DNA of 63,725 bases, counting the filler, from Diploschistes diacapsis (Eukaryota): the NCBI GenBank assembly GCA_023645945.1. It is 23 parts of 23 records of this genome, joined end to end, with 100 filler letters (N's around TTAATTAATTAA, not from the genome) between each part and the next. Parts side by side here need not be neighbours in the genome. Positions count along the whole stretch, not along the records: positions 49,195 to 50,315 come from JALAIB010003882.1; positions 50,416 to 51,536 come from JALAIB010003883.1; positions 51,637 to 52,756 come from JALAIB010003884.1; positions 52,857 to 53,976 come from JALAIB010003885.1; positions 54,077 to 55,196 come from JALAIB010003886.1; positions 55,297 to 56,415 come from JALAIB010003887.1; positions 56,516 to 57,634 come from JALAIB010003888.1; positions 57,735 to 58,853 come from JALAIB010003889.1; 15 more parts are not named here. One strand, written 5' to 3'. The notes under the pieces are model-generated. The model was not told the DNA's origin and made no database searches. It was given only the letters and a program-made list of their open reading frames with translations. Below, one piece after another: positions 49,195 to 62,608 of the stretch (within the stretch, counting starts at the first letter, position 1; each line of letters starts with the position of its first letter). The position numbers and the translations under genes were made by a program.

Positions 49195-51420
49195 AATTCA
49201 CGGACACGGACACCGCAATTAAAAAATTCAAAACACGGATATTGACACGGATATTGTATTTCCGTGAATTTACGGACACGGACATCGTAATTAAAAAATT
49301 TAAAACACGGACATTGATACGGATACTGCATTTCCGTGAATTCACGGACACGGATACCGCAGCAAAAAAATTTAAAACACGGATACTGATACTGTTAGTG
49401 TCCGTGTCACTGACACGGCCGTGTCAGTGTCAGTGACGGCCAGCCTATTTTATTCTCTTAAACACAATTAAACAGAAAACCGGTACCTATCTAAAGACAT
49501 CCTCATCTCCGACCGTATTTATACCATCCGTATATATTTCTTTAGACAGTTATAACCGATAATACGTCCTCTTTTTTCTTTTTTTATCTCTTCCTTCGTC
49601 TCGTCATCATTAGCAAGAAGTTAACTATAGATAAGTAAATAAAAGAACAAGCAAGGAAATTTATCATAAAATTAAATAAATAATAAAGCATAAGGCAAGC
49701 AAGTTAATATATAAAAAAGTAAGCACGCAAGTAAGAAAGCACCTAATAAATAGATAGGAAAGCAAGTTTATTAAAAAACCAATAACTAACCGAATAATTA
49801 TATAAATAAATAGACCCTATTTTATTATAATTATAGATCCTTAAAATCTTCTAATATCCATTCTTTTCATTATACTATCTATTCATTTCCGTTCCCTTCC
49901 TCCTCCTTTTCCCTAAATTCCACCTCCTTTAAATTAAGGTCCAGATCATTTTCTTCTTTTTTATCCTCTTCCTCTTCTTCCTCCTCCTCTTTCTCGTCCG
50001 GAGGAGGCGTAAACCTCCCTATTTCCCAATAATCCACCCCTTCTTTTGTCAGTGTCCTAAAGAAGTTTTTTCTAATAGGATTATATAGGCTGGCCGTTTC
50101 GTACCACGGACACTTCCACGGACACTATCGAGAAAATTTTTTAAACACGACACTACCACGGACACTACCGTTAAAATTTTAAAACACGGATACTTCCACG
50201 GACACTATATTATAATAAAAACACGAACACGGATACTACGATTAAAATTTTTAAAACACGGACATTTCTATAAATATTATAGTTAAAATTTTTTAAACAC
50301 GATACTATTACGGATNNNNNNNNNNNNNNNNNNNNNNNNNNNNNNNNNNNNNNNNNNNNTTAATTAATTAANNNNNNNNNNNNNNNNNNNNNNNNNNNNN
50401 NNNNNNNNNNNNNNNACACGGATACTGACACGGACACCGTAGAAAAAATTTTCTCGATACGGACATTAACACGGACACTATACTGTAATAAAAGTTACAA
50501 AAAATTCGAATCGAATTAATACGGCCCGTTTAAAGTTTTATAAACTTATATTTTAAAAACGTACGTTCTAGAAAGACTAAATAAAAAGGGTTTAAAGAAT
50601 CTAGTTCACGGTAATAGATTTATACGCGCTCACGATTATGAAAATTTAGATGAAACGTGGTGAAACATAAAAGCCGTAAAGGATTTTAAGATTAAAAGAG
50701 ATCCTTAATCGCCAGAAATCGAAAAGATTTTATTAAAATATAATAGAACCGATTATACGTACGACTAGGCTGGCCGTTTCGTGCCACGGTCACTGACACG
50801 GACACTGCAGCAAAAATTTTTAAAACACGGACACTAACACGGACACCGCAGAAAAAATTTTCTCAGCACGGACATTGACACGGACACTACACTATAATAA
50901 AAGCACGAACACGAACACCGTAATAAAAAATTTCTTAACACGGATATTGACACGGATATTATATTATAATAAAAATACGGACACGGACATTATAATTAAG
51001 ATTTTTAAAACACGGACACTGACACGGACATTATAATATAATAAAAATATTAATACGGATATTATAATTAAAATTTTTTCGGCACGGACATTAACACGAA
51101 CATTATAATACCGTAAAAACACGGATACGGATACTATAGTTAAAATTTTTAAAACACGGACACTAACACGGACATTATAATGCAGTAAAAGCACTAACAC
51201 GGATACTACAACTATAATTTTCTCGGCACGGACATTAACACGGACACTACAATACCATAAAAACATAGACACGGACACTACAATTAAGATTTTTAAAACA
51301 CGAACACTAACACGGACACTACAATACAATAAAAGCATTAACACGGACACTACAATACAGTAAAAGCACTAACACGGACACCGCAATGCAATAAAAGCAC
51401 GGACACGGGACACTATATTA
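49195..51420. mobile_element. Partial family D (hAT-like) copies on two contigs; termini at 49447, 50086 and 50766, with dense ACACGG arrays
   Basis: TAGGCTGGCCGT / ACGGCCAGCCTA termini with repeated ACACGGACAC units. The span includes a spacer and an unrelated 49448-50085 segment. Confidence 0.75.
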
Positions 51421-51636
51421 AAATATTCGTGCATTTATTAACATTATTCTAATATACGTATATTATTTTAACAGCGTAAAAATTGATCGTAAAAATTAAA
51501 CATAAGAATTTCATTCATAATAACTTACGTCTAACGNNNNNNNNNNNNNNNNNNNNNNNNNNNNNNNNNNNNNNNNNNNNTTAATTAATTAANNNNNNNN
51601 NNNNNNNNNNNNNNNNNNNNNNNNNNNNNNNNNNNN

Positions 51637-52756
51637 CCTATAATCGATCTACTTCTTCTTCTTTCTATACTTTTCTTCTACTAAAAACTAAATCTATTTT
51701 AATTCATATATCGTATCTACGATATAAAAATAAAAATTATAATACTTAAACATCCTTTAAAATAAATACATCAGAAAATACGATCGGGCGATCGCTAAAG
51801 ACTAAATCCGCATTATCTTAAATAATACTAAAATTCGATATAGTTATAACGGACACCGCGGAAGCTAAGGGGAACGACCTTAGAAGTAACGATAAGATCG
51901 GTAAAAGCGTTCTTAAAATAAATGTTTAAAAACTAGATAAATATAACGGAAATCGTAAAAAGCTGGAATAATAATTCTTATAATTCGTTTTAAACTTTTA
52001 TTAAAATCCTCGTATTAATAACGTCGAAAACGGAAAAACCGTTTACGCTACGAGCTTTATATATAACCGCGTATTTATATAAATAGAACCGTACTTTTAT
52101 ACGTTTCTTTTTAAATAATAAGATAATTTAAGAATGTTCGTTAACTACGATAATTTTATAAGACAAATCCGACTGACTTTTAGTATTATTAACGACAAAG
52201 AATACGTTATACGAATCATCAAAATCGTACGTTAGAAAAAATTAACTTTAGAATATATGACAAAATTCTAGAAATATTTCAAGAAAATTAAATAAAATAA
52301 TAACGTTTTAATAAAAATGTACCGCGAAGGCCTAAGGAATCTATTAAAAACGAACTTATATATAATTAAAATAGAAATAAAAGTCTAAACGCTTTATAGG
52401 CGTACGTTATAATAATAAACGATTAACTATTTAATCGAGATCAGGAACGTCGCTTTAAACGGAAAGATATTATAAATCTAAAACCCCGATGTCGTATTAA
52501 TTATATAAAAAATAGAGAATATATTTATTTGAGCTGGAACTTCTTCGACTTTGTTTGATTCTTTAAACGATAAAAAATACGTTATACGAGTTATTAAAAC
52601 CCGCCCCTTCAGGGCAACAGCGGAGAAATAGCAGCGATATAACGAGAAGAAGGAAAATCGCGTCGCGACCCGTCTTATCCTTAATAAGACCGCGTAGGCG
52701 GACCGGCGGGGAGCTCGAACGTAAAAGATAAATTAAAAAACGTAATATAAATAATC
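51637..52756 (+). mobile_element. Family F gypsy LTR end, leader and RIP-degraded gag
   Basis: LTR end near 51743; gag-like RQ..S..EY...F..Y and MYREGLR..(V)K..L.....SL.AL. Homologous pieces at 40642-40993 (+) and 58954-59287 (-). Confidence 0.65.
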
Positions 52757-52974
52757 NNNNNNNNNNNNNNNNNNNNNNNNNNNNNNNNNNNNNNNNNNNN
52801 TTAATTAATTAANNNNNNNNNNNNNNNNNNNNNNNNNNNNNNNNNNNNNNNNNNNNGAACGGACCTTAGAACTATTATAAAAGCACTTTCATTAAAAAGG
52901 GTAACGTGTCGCTGTCGAGTAGTAGATAAGTAACTACGATATATACTAAAGGGTCAAGATACATAAGTATAAAC

Positions 52975-53567
52975 TAGGCTGGCCGTTACTGACACTGACA
53001 CGGCCGTGTCAGTAACACCGACACTGATAGTGTTAGTGTCCGTGTTTTAGATTTTTTAGCTGCGGTGTCCGTGTCTGTGGATTCACGGAAGTGCAGTGTC
53101 CGTGTCAGTATCAATATGTTACAAATTCTAATTATAATGTCCGTGTCCGTGTTTTTATTGTAGTATAATATCCGTATTAATATCCGTGCCGAGAAATTTT
53201 TTATTACGGTATTCGTATCCGTGTTTTTATCCATATATTTTTAAATATTTTTTTAATTTTAATAATTCTGGAATTATTACGTCTATTTTTCACGCTATTA
53301 TTTTTTTTAAAAAAATTATATTGCGGTGTTTCGGTGAATTTACCGCAATATTTCCGTAAATTTATTATAATATAATATCCGTGTTAGTATTAATATTTTT
53401 AACTTTTTAATTACGGTGTCCGTGTCCGTGGATTTATAAAAATATAACATCCGTGTTAATATCCGTGTTTTAAAATTTTAGCTATAATGTCCGTGTTAGT
53501 GTCCGTGTTTCGAAATTTTTTGCTACAGTGTCCGTTTCAGTGACCGTGGCACGAAACGGCCAGCCTA
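52975..53567 (+). mobile_element. Complete 593-bp non-autonomous hAT-like element (family D) with 8-bp TSD GTATAAAC
   Basis: TIR TAGGCTGGCCGTT ... AACGGCCAGCCTA; GTATAAAC at 52967-52974 and 53568-53575; inserted in a gypsy integrase (KPYG.L..LPVP..PW). Confidence 0.9.
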
Positions 53568-53575
53568 GTATAAAC

Positions 53576-53976
53576 CATATAATAATTTAACGTTATTACC
53601 AGTACCTTAAGGACCCTGATAAGAAATCATAATAAATTTCGTTATAAAATTTCCACCGAATAAAAGCAACGGAGCGGTTATAAACTCAATATTAATAATA
53701 ATAAATAAATATAACAAAATAAGGCGGTGTTTAATATATTTTAAAACAATAAACTTAAGCGAATTAACAGAAATTCTCCTATAAGAAGTCTATATTAAGT
53801 ACGAAAACCCAAAAAGAATTATTTTAGATCGAGATATAATATTTATAAATTCCTTTTAATCGGATTTCTATTATTAAATAAAAATAAAAAATAATCTTAA
53901 CATAGCTTTCTATTCTTAAACCGATGAATAAACAAAACGCTAGAACTAAATAATCGAGTATTATCTGCGAATATAC
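53576..53976 (+). mobile_element. RIP-degraded gypsy integrase core
   Basis: Reads LPVP.GPW.EI.MDFV..., VSDRD..F.S.FW and LS.AFHPQTDGQTERQNQ..E.YLR.Y after transition reversal. Confidence 0.75.
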
Positions 53977-54076
53977 NNNNNNNNNNNNNNNNNNNNNNNN
54001 NNNNNNNNNNNNNNNNNNNNTTAATTAATTAANNNNNNNNNNNNNNNNNNNNNNNNNNNNNNNNNNNNNNNNNNNN

Positions 54077-54903
54077 GAATCTACCGAAACACCGCGATAA
54101 AAAAATAAAAACGTAAAAAATAGACGTGATAATTTTAAAACTATTAAAAAATAAATATTATTTAAAAGTATTTCGGTGAATGTACGGACACGGTAATAAA
54201 TCCATTAACACGGATATTACGATTAAAAATTTAAAACACGGATATTTCTACGGACACTATATTGTAGTAAAAGTACGGACACGGATACTACGATTAAAAA
54301 ATTTAAAACACGGACACTTCCACGGACACTACACTATAGTGAAAGCACGGACACGGACACTACGGCTGAAAATTTTAAAACACGGACACGGCCGTGTCAG
54401 TGTCCGTGACGGCCAGCCTAATAAAAACGTTCGACACGAAACTAAAATATTTAAACGTTTATTACCTATAAATAAACGATTAGACAGAAAGAATGAATTA
54501 AACTCTCGAATAATATTTACGATATTACGTTAATCAAAATATAGACAATTAAGTTAAATTATTATCGCAAACCGAATATTACCTTAATAACAAATATAGA
54601 AAAATTAAGAAAATTTAAAATATATAATTATTTAATAACGAGATATTGAATAATATTAAGAAACTTAAAGTCTTAAAAAAGAATTTTTAGCTAAAAGAAA
54701 GAGATAAGGTTTATTTATATGTAAATAACCTTAGAACACGCAGACTTTTTAAGAAATTAAATCACGTTAAAATCGGATTTTTCTTAATCGATAAATAACC
54801 CGTCATACCGGACGAAACCAAACGAGTCAGTTATCGACTTAAATTACTAAGAGATACTAAAATTTATCTAATGTTTCATTCTAAATACCTCGAATCAGCA
54901 TAT
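54077..54903 (+). mobile_element. Family D terminus (ends 54420) inserted in a gypsy integrase C-terminal region
   Basis: ACGGCCAGCCTA ends at 54420; downstream KE(G)DKVYL...NLRT.R..KKL.HVK.G(P)F.I and YRL.L....I..(V)FH...LE (GPY/F motif). Confidence 0.72.
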
Positions 54904-55296
54904 TGTTACGATCCAAGTACTAGACTTGGCACGTCTTAGTTTTGTATATAGATCAGTCACGGGACCAGGGGTTACGTGATGCGCTCACTGCTCACGCTCA
55001 TTCTTATGAACGATAAACGAACGTTCGTCACCGCTCAACGGTCGCGTTTATTCTTATAAGCGACGAGTCTCAAAAACACCGCTCGTTAGATCTGCGATAA
55101 ACGACAAACGAGTTAATTATATATAAATACGACTTTATTTTCGTAAAAAAGGACGTATTTATTTTTATAAATATTTTTAATTATTATTCGGGATTANNNN
55201 NNNNNNNNNNNNNNNNNNNNNNNNNNNNNNNNNNNNNNNNTTAATTAATTAANNNNNNNNNNNNNNNNNNNNNNNNNNNNNNNNNNNNNNNNNNNN

Positions 55297-56415
55297 ATAT
55301 AATATTTATCGGATATATAAAATTATTAGAGATTTTTAAAATTTATATTTTAGAAAAGAAATCAATCAGAAAAGTCCAAAATCTCGTGTAAATACTTAGA
55401 TCCCCTATTTCTAGAGAAATAGAAATAATCCTTACTCCTTTAGAACGAATTATTTAATCGTTTAAAAATGATCGATCTTCAGTTTCTCCGTCTAACAATT
55501 CCGGAAGTGGTTTGCCTTTAAAGATTATATACTCAACGCTTCCTGAAACCCCTCTATCAGCCAAAACTTAGAACACGAGAAGAACTAAAAGAATAAATGC
55601 TGGGAAAATACCTGAGAGATAGGAACCTAAACCTTTTTAGAAATCGGTTATTAAAAGATCGTTTACTATAGCTTCTATTACTACTTCTCGGGCTCGAAGT
55701 CCTTACTTTAGAGATCACGATACTAAAGTAACGGAAAGAGAAGCAATTATAGATATAAAAGAAGAAATCTTTTATATTTATATTACATCTAATATTCCGG
55801 ATAATATCTTCGTTCCCGAAATTTATATTTAAATAATAGTATATTCTAATAAAAATAAATAAATAATAACAATAGAATCTAAAATAAAATCATATCAAAA
55901 AAGAAATATATAAAAAAAAATTAAATATACCGATCCTATAATAAAAAGTAAATAAATATACGCAATTAAATTTCATTAAAATAAAATAATTATTAAATAT
56001 AAAACAAGATTAATAGCGCAAAGTTTTTTCTAAGTTCTAAAAAGGGATTATCAAGAAACTTACTCGTCTATCGTAAGATATAATTCTTTACGTCTTCTGA
56101 TTAAGATAGTTATTAACTTTGATCTCGATCTAAAATAATTAAACGTAGACACAACGTATTTATATAAAGTTCTAAAACAGACCATTTATATAATACTTCC
56201 TTAAAAATATCGAAAAGCAGGACGCGCTGCCTTTCTCAATCGTTATATTTATAAACTAAAACAGAACGGACGAGAATGATACGAATATATCTCCGTTAAA
56301 TTAAAAAAAATAAACTTCATTCCGGCGAATTTCGACCCCTACGTTTTTATTTATATAGATTCTCCTTACGAAAGATTCTACATATTCTTATATATAAACG
56401 ATCTTCTATTAATTA
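55297..56415 (+). mobile_element. RIP-degraded Ty1/copia pol (reverse transcriptase from ~55950)
   Basis: KYK(A)RL(V)AQ(G)FS(Q)..(G)RDYQETYS, (D)VDT(A)YL, Y(G)LKQ(S)GRE(W)Y, LY(V)(D)DLL. Confidence 0.85.
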
Positions 56416-56515
56416 NNNNNNNNNNNNNNNNNNNNNNNNNNNNNNNNNNNNNNNNNNNNTTAATTAATTAANNNNNNNNNNNNNNNNNNNNNNNNNNNNN
56501 NNNNNNNNNNNNNNN

Positions 56516-57017
56516 CTATTAATTTACTCGGTGATAATATTGGTTTCCTAAACTTAATAAAGCACGCAAGGATTAACGATCGTTCAAAATATATCGATAT
56601 TACTTATTATCACGTACGAGATTTGATTAAGTAGGGACGTATTAAGATATCTTATATTTTTATTAATAAAATGGTTATTGATAAATTTACGAAATTATTG
56701 AATTACTCGAAACACGACGCCTTTATTAAAGGACTCGATTTAATCTAAAAGATATCTAATTAAACTATGTAGTCATGCCGGACGATTCCGTCTGTGAAGG
56801 AATGTTGAATAGATAGGTAGAAAACATGGCTGGAAGTCTAACTAAATTTTAGAAGAAGGTTCAGTTCAGCTGAACCTCCTGGAATCCCAATTAGACCGGT
56901 TTAGGAATAATGTAGGTAGTAAGGTTTAACGTATCCCATAAGGATAAAAGTCTGCAAAGTAGGATAACCTCCTAGATAGACCTCTAGACTTCAATACATC
57001 CATTACGTTGCCAAACA
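56516..57017 (+). mobile_element. Ty1/copia 3' end: RNase H remnant, purine tract and 3' LTR (56803-57017)
   Basis: GDN.GS..L.K, RSK(H)IDI.Y(H)HVRDL and MV(A)D(G)FTK(P)L; GTGAAGGAA then TGTTGA...CAAACA. Confidence 0.78.
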
Positions 57018-58184
57018 GTTTATAATTATTGTTTTAATTTGAAGGGCCGATAAACTCTGAAACTAATTTTAATTACGTATGAGTTTATTTTTAATTAAAT
57101 TCTTGAGTCCGTTCTTATATATTTCAATTAAGGCTTTCTTATTTTACCTAATTAGTCTAACGTATTCTTAAAACTTTGCTATATATTCTAAAACCGAGTT
57201 TCTTTAATTAACTATCTTGATAATTCGAATCGCATATTCTTTATCGTTAATTATCTCGAAGGCCAGTCGGACCTATTTTTTAAATTTTACGAAGTTTTTA
57301 AATATTCCGTAACTATCTTCTTAACTTCTTAAATATACGTCGAAATAAAATTTCATTCATATTAATACGCGATCACGTATAAATCTTACGACGAAAACTG
57401 TCCTTTTCTTTTAATTATTTATACTATGCGGATTTTAATAAAAATATATTAAAAATTAAAATATCTAATATTTTAATTTCTTTCGGTTTCCGTAGAACGT
57501 TATTAACTTTATAGCTTTCATAATAGGTTTTTTGTACGATTTATTTTCGTTAGGTTTATCGTTATTTCCGAAATCGTCGTTTTTAGCTTTCGTAATGTCC
57601 GTTATAGGGATATCGGTTTTTTTTGGTGGCGTTGNNNNNNNNNNNNNNNNNNNNNNNNNNNNNNNNNNNNNNNNNNNNTTAATTAATTAANNNNNNNNNN
57701 NNNNNNNNNNNNNNNNNNNNNNNNNNNNNNNNNNTAATAGATCTATATTTCCGCGAATAAATATTTTATCATTTCTTTATATTTCGTTATATCGTTATTT
57801 GGAATATCGTTATTTTTCGAAATCTTATTCGTCGATATCTTAATTAATAAAGACGTGATTTCGATATTTTTATTAATAGATTCGTCGGTGTTACCTTATT
57901 AAATTATATTATCCGATTTTATTATAATTTCTTTTTAAGGCAGTCCGTCCGTAAAACAATCTTTCATAAAATAAAATATAATTACGTTAAATTATAAAAT
58001 GATCGCGATTAAGATATCTTCTTTACGGACATTATTGTTACTTCTATAATCTCAAGCGAAGTGGCTAATCTTACCACATTTAAAGCTTTTCTTTTTTTTA
58101 ACTGAAGGTCCCCCGTTAAATCTTTTAACCTTTTTCTTCTAATTAGGACGGGGTTTACTAGTTAAAGCATCGAGATCTAAAACG

Positions 58185-58849
58185 TAGGCTGGCCGTTTCG
58201 TGCCTGGGTTACTGACACGGACACTGCAGCCAAAATTTTCAAAACACGGACACTGACACGGACACGATAGCTAAAATTTTAAAACACGGATATTAACACG
58301 GACTAGGCTGGCCGTCACGGACACTGACACGGCCGTGGCAGTGTCCGTGTTTTGAAATTTTCAGCCGTAGTATCCGTATCCGTGCTTTTATTATAGTGTA
58401 GTGTCCGTGGAAGTGTCCGTGTTTTAAAAATTTTAGCCGTAGTATCCGTGTCCGTGTTTTTATTATAATATAATGTCCGTGAAATTGTCCGTGTTTTAAA
58501 ATTTTTAATCGTAATGTCCGTATTAATAAATTTATTATCGTGTCCGTGCATTCACCGAAACACTTTTAAATAATATTTATTTTTTAATAATTTTAGAATT
58601 ATTACGTTTATTTTTTACGTTTTTATTTTTTTATCGCAATGTTTCGATAAATTTATTATAATATAATGTCCGTGAAAGTATCCGTATTTTAAAATTATTA
58701 ATCGTAATATCCGTGTTCGTGCTTTTATTATAATATAATTTCCGTGTTAGTGTCCGTGCCGAGAATTTTGTTATTACGGTATCCGTGTCCGTGCTTTTAT
58801 TATAGTATAATGTCCGTGTTAGTGTCCGTGGCACGAAACGGCCAGCCTA
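58185..58849 (+). mobile_element. Family D compound structure: 119-bp end fragment (58185-58303) followed by a two-ended copy (58304-58849)
   Basis: TAGGCTGGCCGT at 58185 and 58304; ACGGCCAGCCTA ending at 58849. Confidence 0.82.
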
Positions 58850-60591
58850 AAATNNNNNNNNNNNNNNNNNNNNNNNNNNNNNNNNNNNNNNNNNNNNTTA
58901 ATTAATTAANNNNNNNNNNNNNNNNNNNNNNNNNNNNNNNNNNNNNNNNNNNNTGTTCTTTTTTTTATAATCTCGGGCGAAATAATCAATCTTACCATAT
59001 TCGAAGCATTTCTTTCCTTTAATTAAAAATCCCTCGTTAAATCCCTTAGCTCTTTTTTTCTAATTAAAACGAGATTTATTAGTTAAAATATCGATATCTA
59101 TAACGTCGTTATTTATGTATCTTATATTTTATATATTTTTCATATAATTAGTACGATACCGAAATCTTAGACCTATAATACTCCTTTATTCAAAACGACG
59201 TTCCTAATCTCGATTAAATAATTAATCGTTTATTACTATAACTTACGTTTATAAAGCGTTTAAACTTCCGATATTATTTTAATTACGTGAGACAGCCCAG
59301 CCCAGGGGCCTGCCAAGCTGGGCCTGCCAAGCCACGGCAGGGTTAATGCCCAGGTGCTTGCCAAGACACGGCAGGGTCAATGCCCAGATGCTTGCCAAGA
59401 CACGGCAGGGTTAATGCCCAAATGCTTGCCAAGACACGACAGGGTCAGGAGGTAGCTATATAGACGGGTAGTCTCTAAACCCCGGTAGGTTTAACATCCA
59501 CACTATTTAACGGTACCTTCTTCCCATCTAGATAATTTCTTCTTTAACTTTTCGAATCGAGATCTTTTATTTATAAATATCTAGTTATATCTAATCTTTC
59601 CGGATCAGGCCCAGTTCCCGATAAAATAATATTTTTTCCTACGTTAACGTTTCATATTCGAAAAGCTCACTTTACCTTCGCACTCGTGACGAGAGTTTAA
59701 AACGTTAATCGAATTAAATATTCGAATGAATTTACGATAACCGGAATTCGAAAATATTACCCGCCGATTTATTATAAATAATAACTCCCGCTGATAAAAA
59801 GGATTAAAAAAAAAGAAAAAAATTTATAATATGTCCGATTTTTAAAAAATCAATCGAGATTCTAACGATTAAAGAATACGATTTAAAAAACGAATCGATA
59901 ATTAAAAAATAATCTATAAGATATCCCGCGTTACGGTAGTTATTTATATTAAAAACCTCGAGATATTGAATGCCAGCGAAGAATTAGTACGAGAAGGATC
60001 TTAAAAGTGTTCCCGCGACGAATCTAAACGAAAATTGTTTTCGTTTAAAGACTCGATAAAAGAATAAGTTAANNNNNNNNNNNNNNNNNNNNNNNNNNNN
60101 NNNNNNNNNNNNNNNNTTAATTAATTAANNNNNNNNNNNNNNNNNNNNNNNNNNNNNNNNNNNNNNNNNNNNTTTCATAACTAATCGGGTCCCTTTCTAA
60201 TCATTCTTTATATATAATTTAATTATAATAACGTTAATCACGTAGTAAATGGGGAGTTTTGAAAATTTTTTTATTTTTTTATAAGTAAAACGGAAGAACG
60301 GTAATTTTATTTATTTATTAATCTATTTTATTAAAAAGTAATTAATTATATAAAAACACCGTTATAGCTCTTATAAATCGGAACGTGTTTATTTTTATAA
60401 ATATCCTTAACGATTACTCGAGATCAATCTATATTCGTTATTTTTTATTAATAGAAAGTAATTTTTTTAGAAATCAATATAGATTTATAACCGATCTATT
60501 TCTTCTTTTTCCTATATTCCTCTTCTAACAGAAACCAAACCCACCTTAATCAATACCTCGTGTCTACCTTATAGAGATAGAGATCATAACA

Positions 60592-60992
60592 CTAGTTTTC
60601 GTTTAGTCTAAAATGACTGAAAAATGATGGAAAACGTTATACAACCGCTGTATAACGTCGAAAAAACGTTTTTTAATATTTTTACTGAAGTCTAAGCATG
60701 AAACCGCTTATAATGATATATTTAAAAAACATATTTTTTCCTGCGTTATGACCGAATTTAAAAGATAAAATAATACGTATTTTCGAGTCGTAATTTTCAA
60801 TTCGCTTTTAAAAAATAATTATTGACATAATCAATGTGCACTTTTCGGGTATGGTAGAGGATTGAGTTAATAACAATGTTTCGAAAAAAAACAAAAATAA
60901 CGATTATATTCGAAGAGTTATTAAAGATTTAAAATATTTCTTGGCAAAAGTGGCGGAGCTTTGGGGGTGGCCGAGCTGACCGTCAAACACGT
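60592..60992 (-). mobile_element. Fot1/pogo-like end interrupted by a family F LTR
   Basis: TIR reverse complement ...GGTGGCCGAGCTGACCGTCAAACACGT|TA at 60992; homologous to 40117-40337. Confidence 0.78.
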
Positions 60993-61968
60993 TATAATTA
61001 TAATCGTACTTAACGCTTCGTTCTCGTAAATAAAAAACATGAATTATTATCGCTGAAAGAATTATGTAAAGTTATCGCTAAAAATCCGAACGTCTTTACA
61101 CTGGTTCTATCCAATACGGGATATAAACGTATTTCTATTAAAACCGTGTCGGTACGTCTCGGGGATATAAATATAAAATATATTTTATCTTTTTATATCT
61201 TTAATTATCGGAACGTGTTTAACGGGGATTTAATAATAAGTTTACCCGAGTATAAATTTAGCGATCATATAATCGATATAGAGGAAAAAGNNNNNNNNNN
61301 NNNNNNNNNNNNNNNNNNNNNNNNNNNNNNNNNNTTAATTAATTAANNNNNNNNNNNNNNNNNNNNNNNNNNNNNNNNNNNNNNNNNNNNGTTTTCGGTT
61401 ATAATTTTTTAATTAACACGTTCTTTTATTAAATCTTTAAACGAGGATCTTTTTCGTTCGGGTTCATCGCGGGGATCTTTTTTAGATCTTTCCGGTACTA
61501 GCTTTTCGTTGATATTAAATCTTTCGAAAATCTTCGGCGTTGGTAACTACTGTAACGCGGGATATTTTATAGATTGTTTTTTAATTAACGATTCATTTAT
61601 TAAATCGTATTTTTTAATCGATGGTATTTCGGTTGATTCTTTAAAAGGCGGAAGTATTATCGATTTTTTCCTTCTTTTTTAATTCTTTTTACTAACGAGG
61701 GTTATTGTTTATAATGGGTCGGCGGGTAGTACTTTCGAATTCCGGTTGTCGTGGATTTATTCGAATATTTGGTTCGATTGACGTTTTAAACTTTCGTTAC
61801 GAGTGCGTAGGTAAAGCGAGCTTTTCGGATGTGAAACGTTAGCGTAGGAATGGAATACTATACTACTGGGGGCTGGGCCTGATCCGGAAGGATTACGTGT
61901 AGCTGGGTACCTGTAGGTAAAAGATCTCGATTCGAAAAGTTAGAGAAGAAATTATCTAGGTGGGAGGG

Positions 61969-62142
61969 TGTAACAGCGGGGGGAAGTGCCTAATAGGTAG
62001 CGCTATCCCACTGAGCCAAAAGACTAACCATAATGCTTTTAGGAACCCCGAAGCACTGTTTCCCTATTATATTATATGTAGGTGCGTGGCTGTGGCAGTA
62101 GGCGGTAGATGTGTAACCCCGTAGGCCTTACAGAGGGTAGCA
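61969..62142. mobile_element. Family H solo LTR (174 bp) with 5-bp TSD GAGGG, inside family A
   Basis: TGTAA...TTACA termini; GAGGG at 61964-61968 and 62143-62147; absent from the other three family A copies. Confidence 0.9.
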
Positions 62143-62608
62143 GGAATAAATAGTGTGTAGGTGCCAGCCCTACAGGGTTCGGGTCCTAACCGCCTATATA
62201 GCCACCCCCTAACATCCTTGGCACGGTCGGCACCTGTCATGTGACCCTGTCGTCATGTGACCCCGGTGGCTTGGCAGGCGCCTGGGCTGATCTGTCTCGT
62301 ATAATTATAATTGGACCTAAATTGAAAGATTCATTTATAACATCTAAAGAATATTAAATAGGAGAAAAGCCGTTAATAGATTACTTCCGCGTCTAAAAAT
62401 TAAGATGTTATAATTATATAAATCTAAAATTACTATCTAGATGACAAGATAAGCTAATAAATAAAATAAGATTCTATATATTAATTAAATATATCGATAC
62501 CGATAAGTNNNNNNNNNNNNNNNNNNNNNNNNNNNNNNNNNNNNNNNNNNNNTTAATTAATTAANNNNNNNNNNNNNNNNNNNNNNNNNNNNNNNNNNNN
62601 NNNNNNNN

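Noticed and set aside
50964..51350. ORFs rich in VSVRV/TDTDT (also 49242, 52986, 54180, 58315, 58631)
   Set aside because: They are by-products of the ACACGG arrays of family D.
49195..51420. ACACGG arrays as telomeric or centromeric satellite
   Set aside because: They are bounded by TIRs, and one copy has an 8-bp TSD; there are no TTAGGG tracts.
19012..62608. Regularly spaced TTAATTAATTAA repeats about 1.2 kb apart
   Set aside because: They are an artificial N-padded linker. Contigs are sorted by length (1124 down to 1117 nt), so spacing and adjacency across spacers carry no biology.
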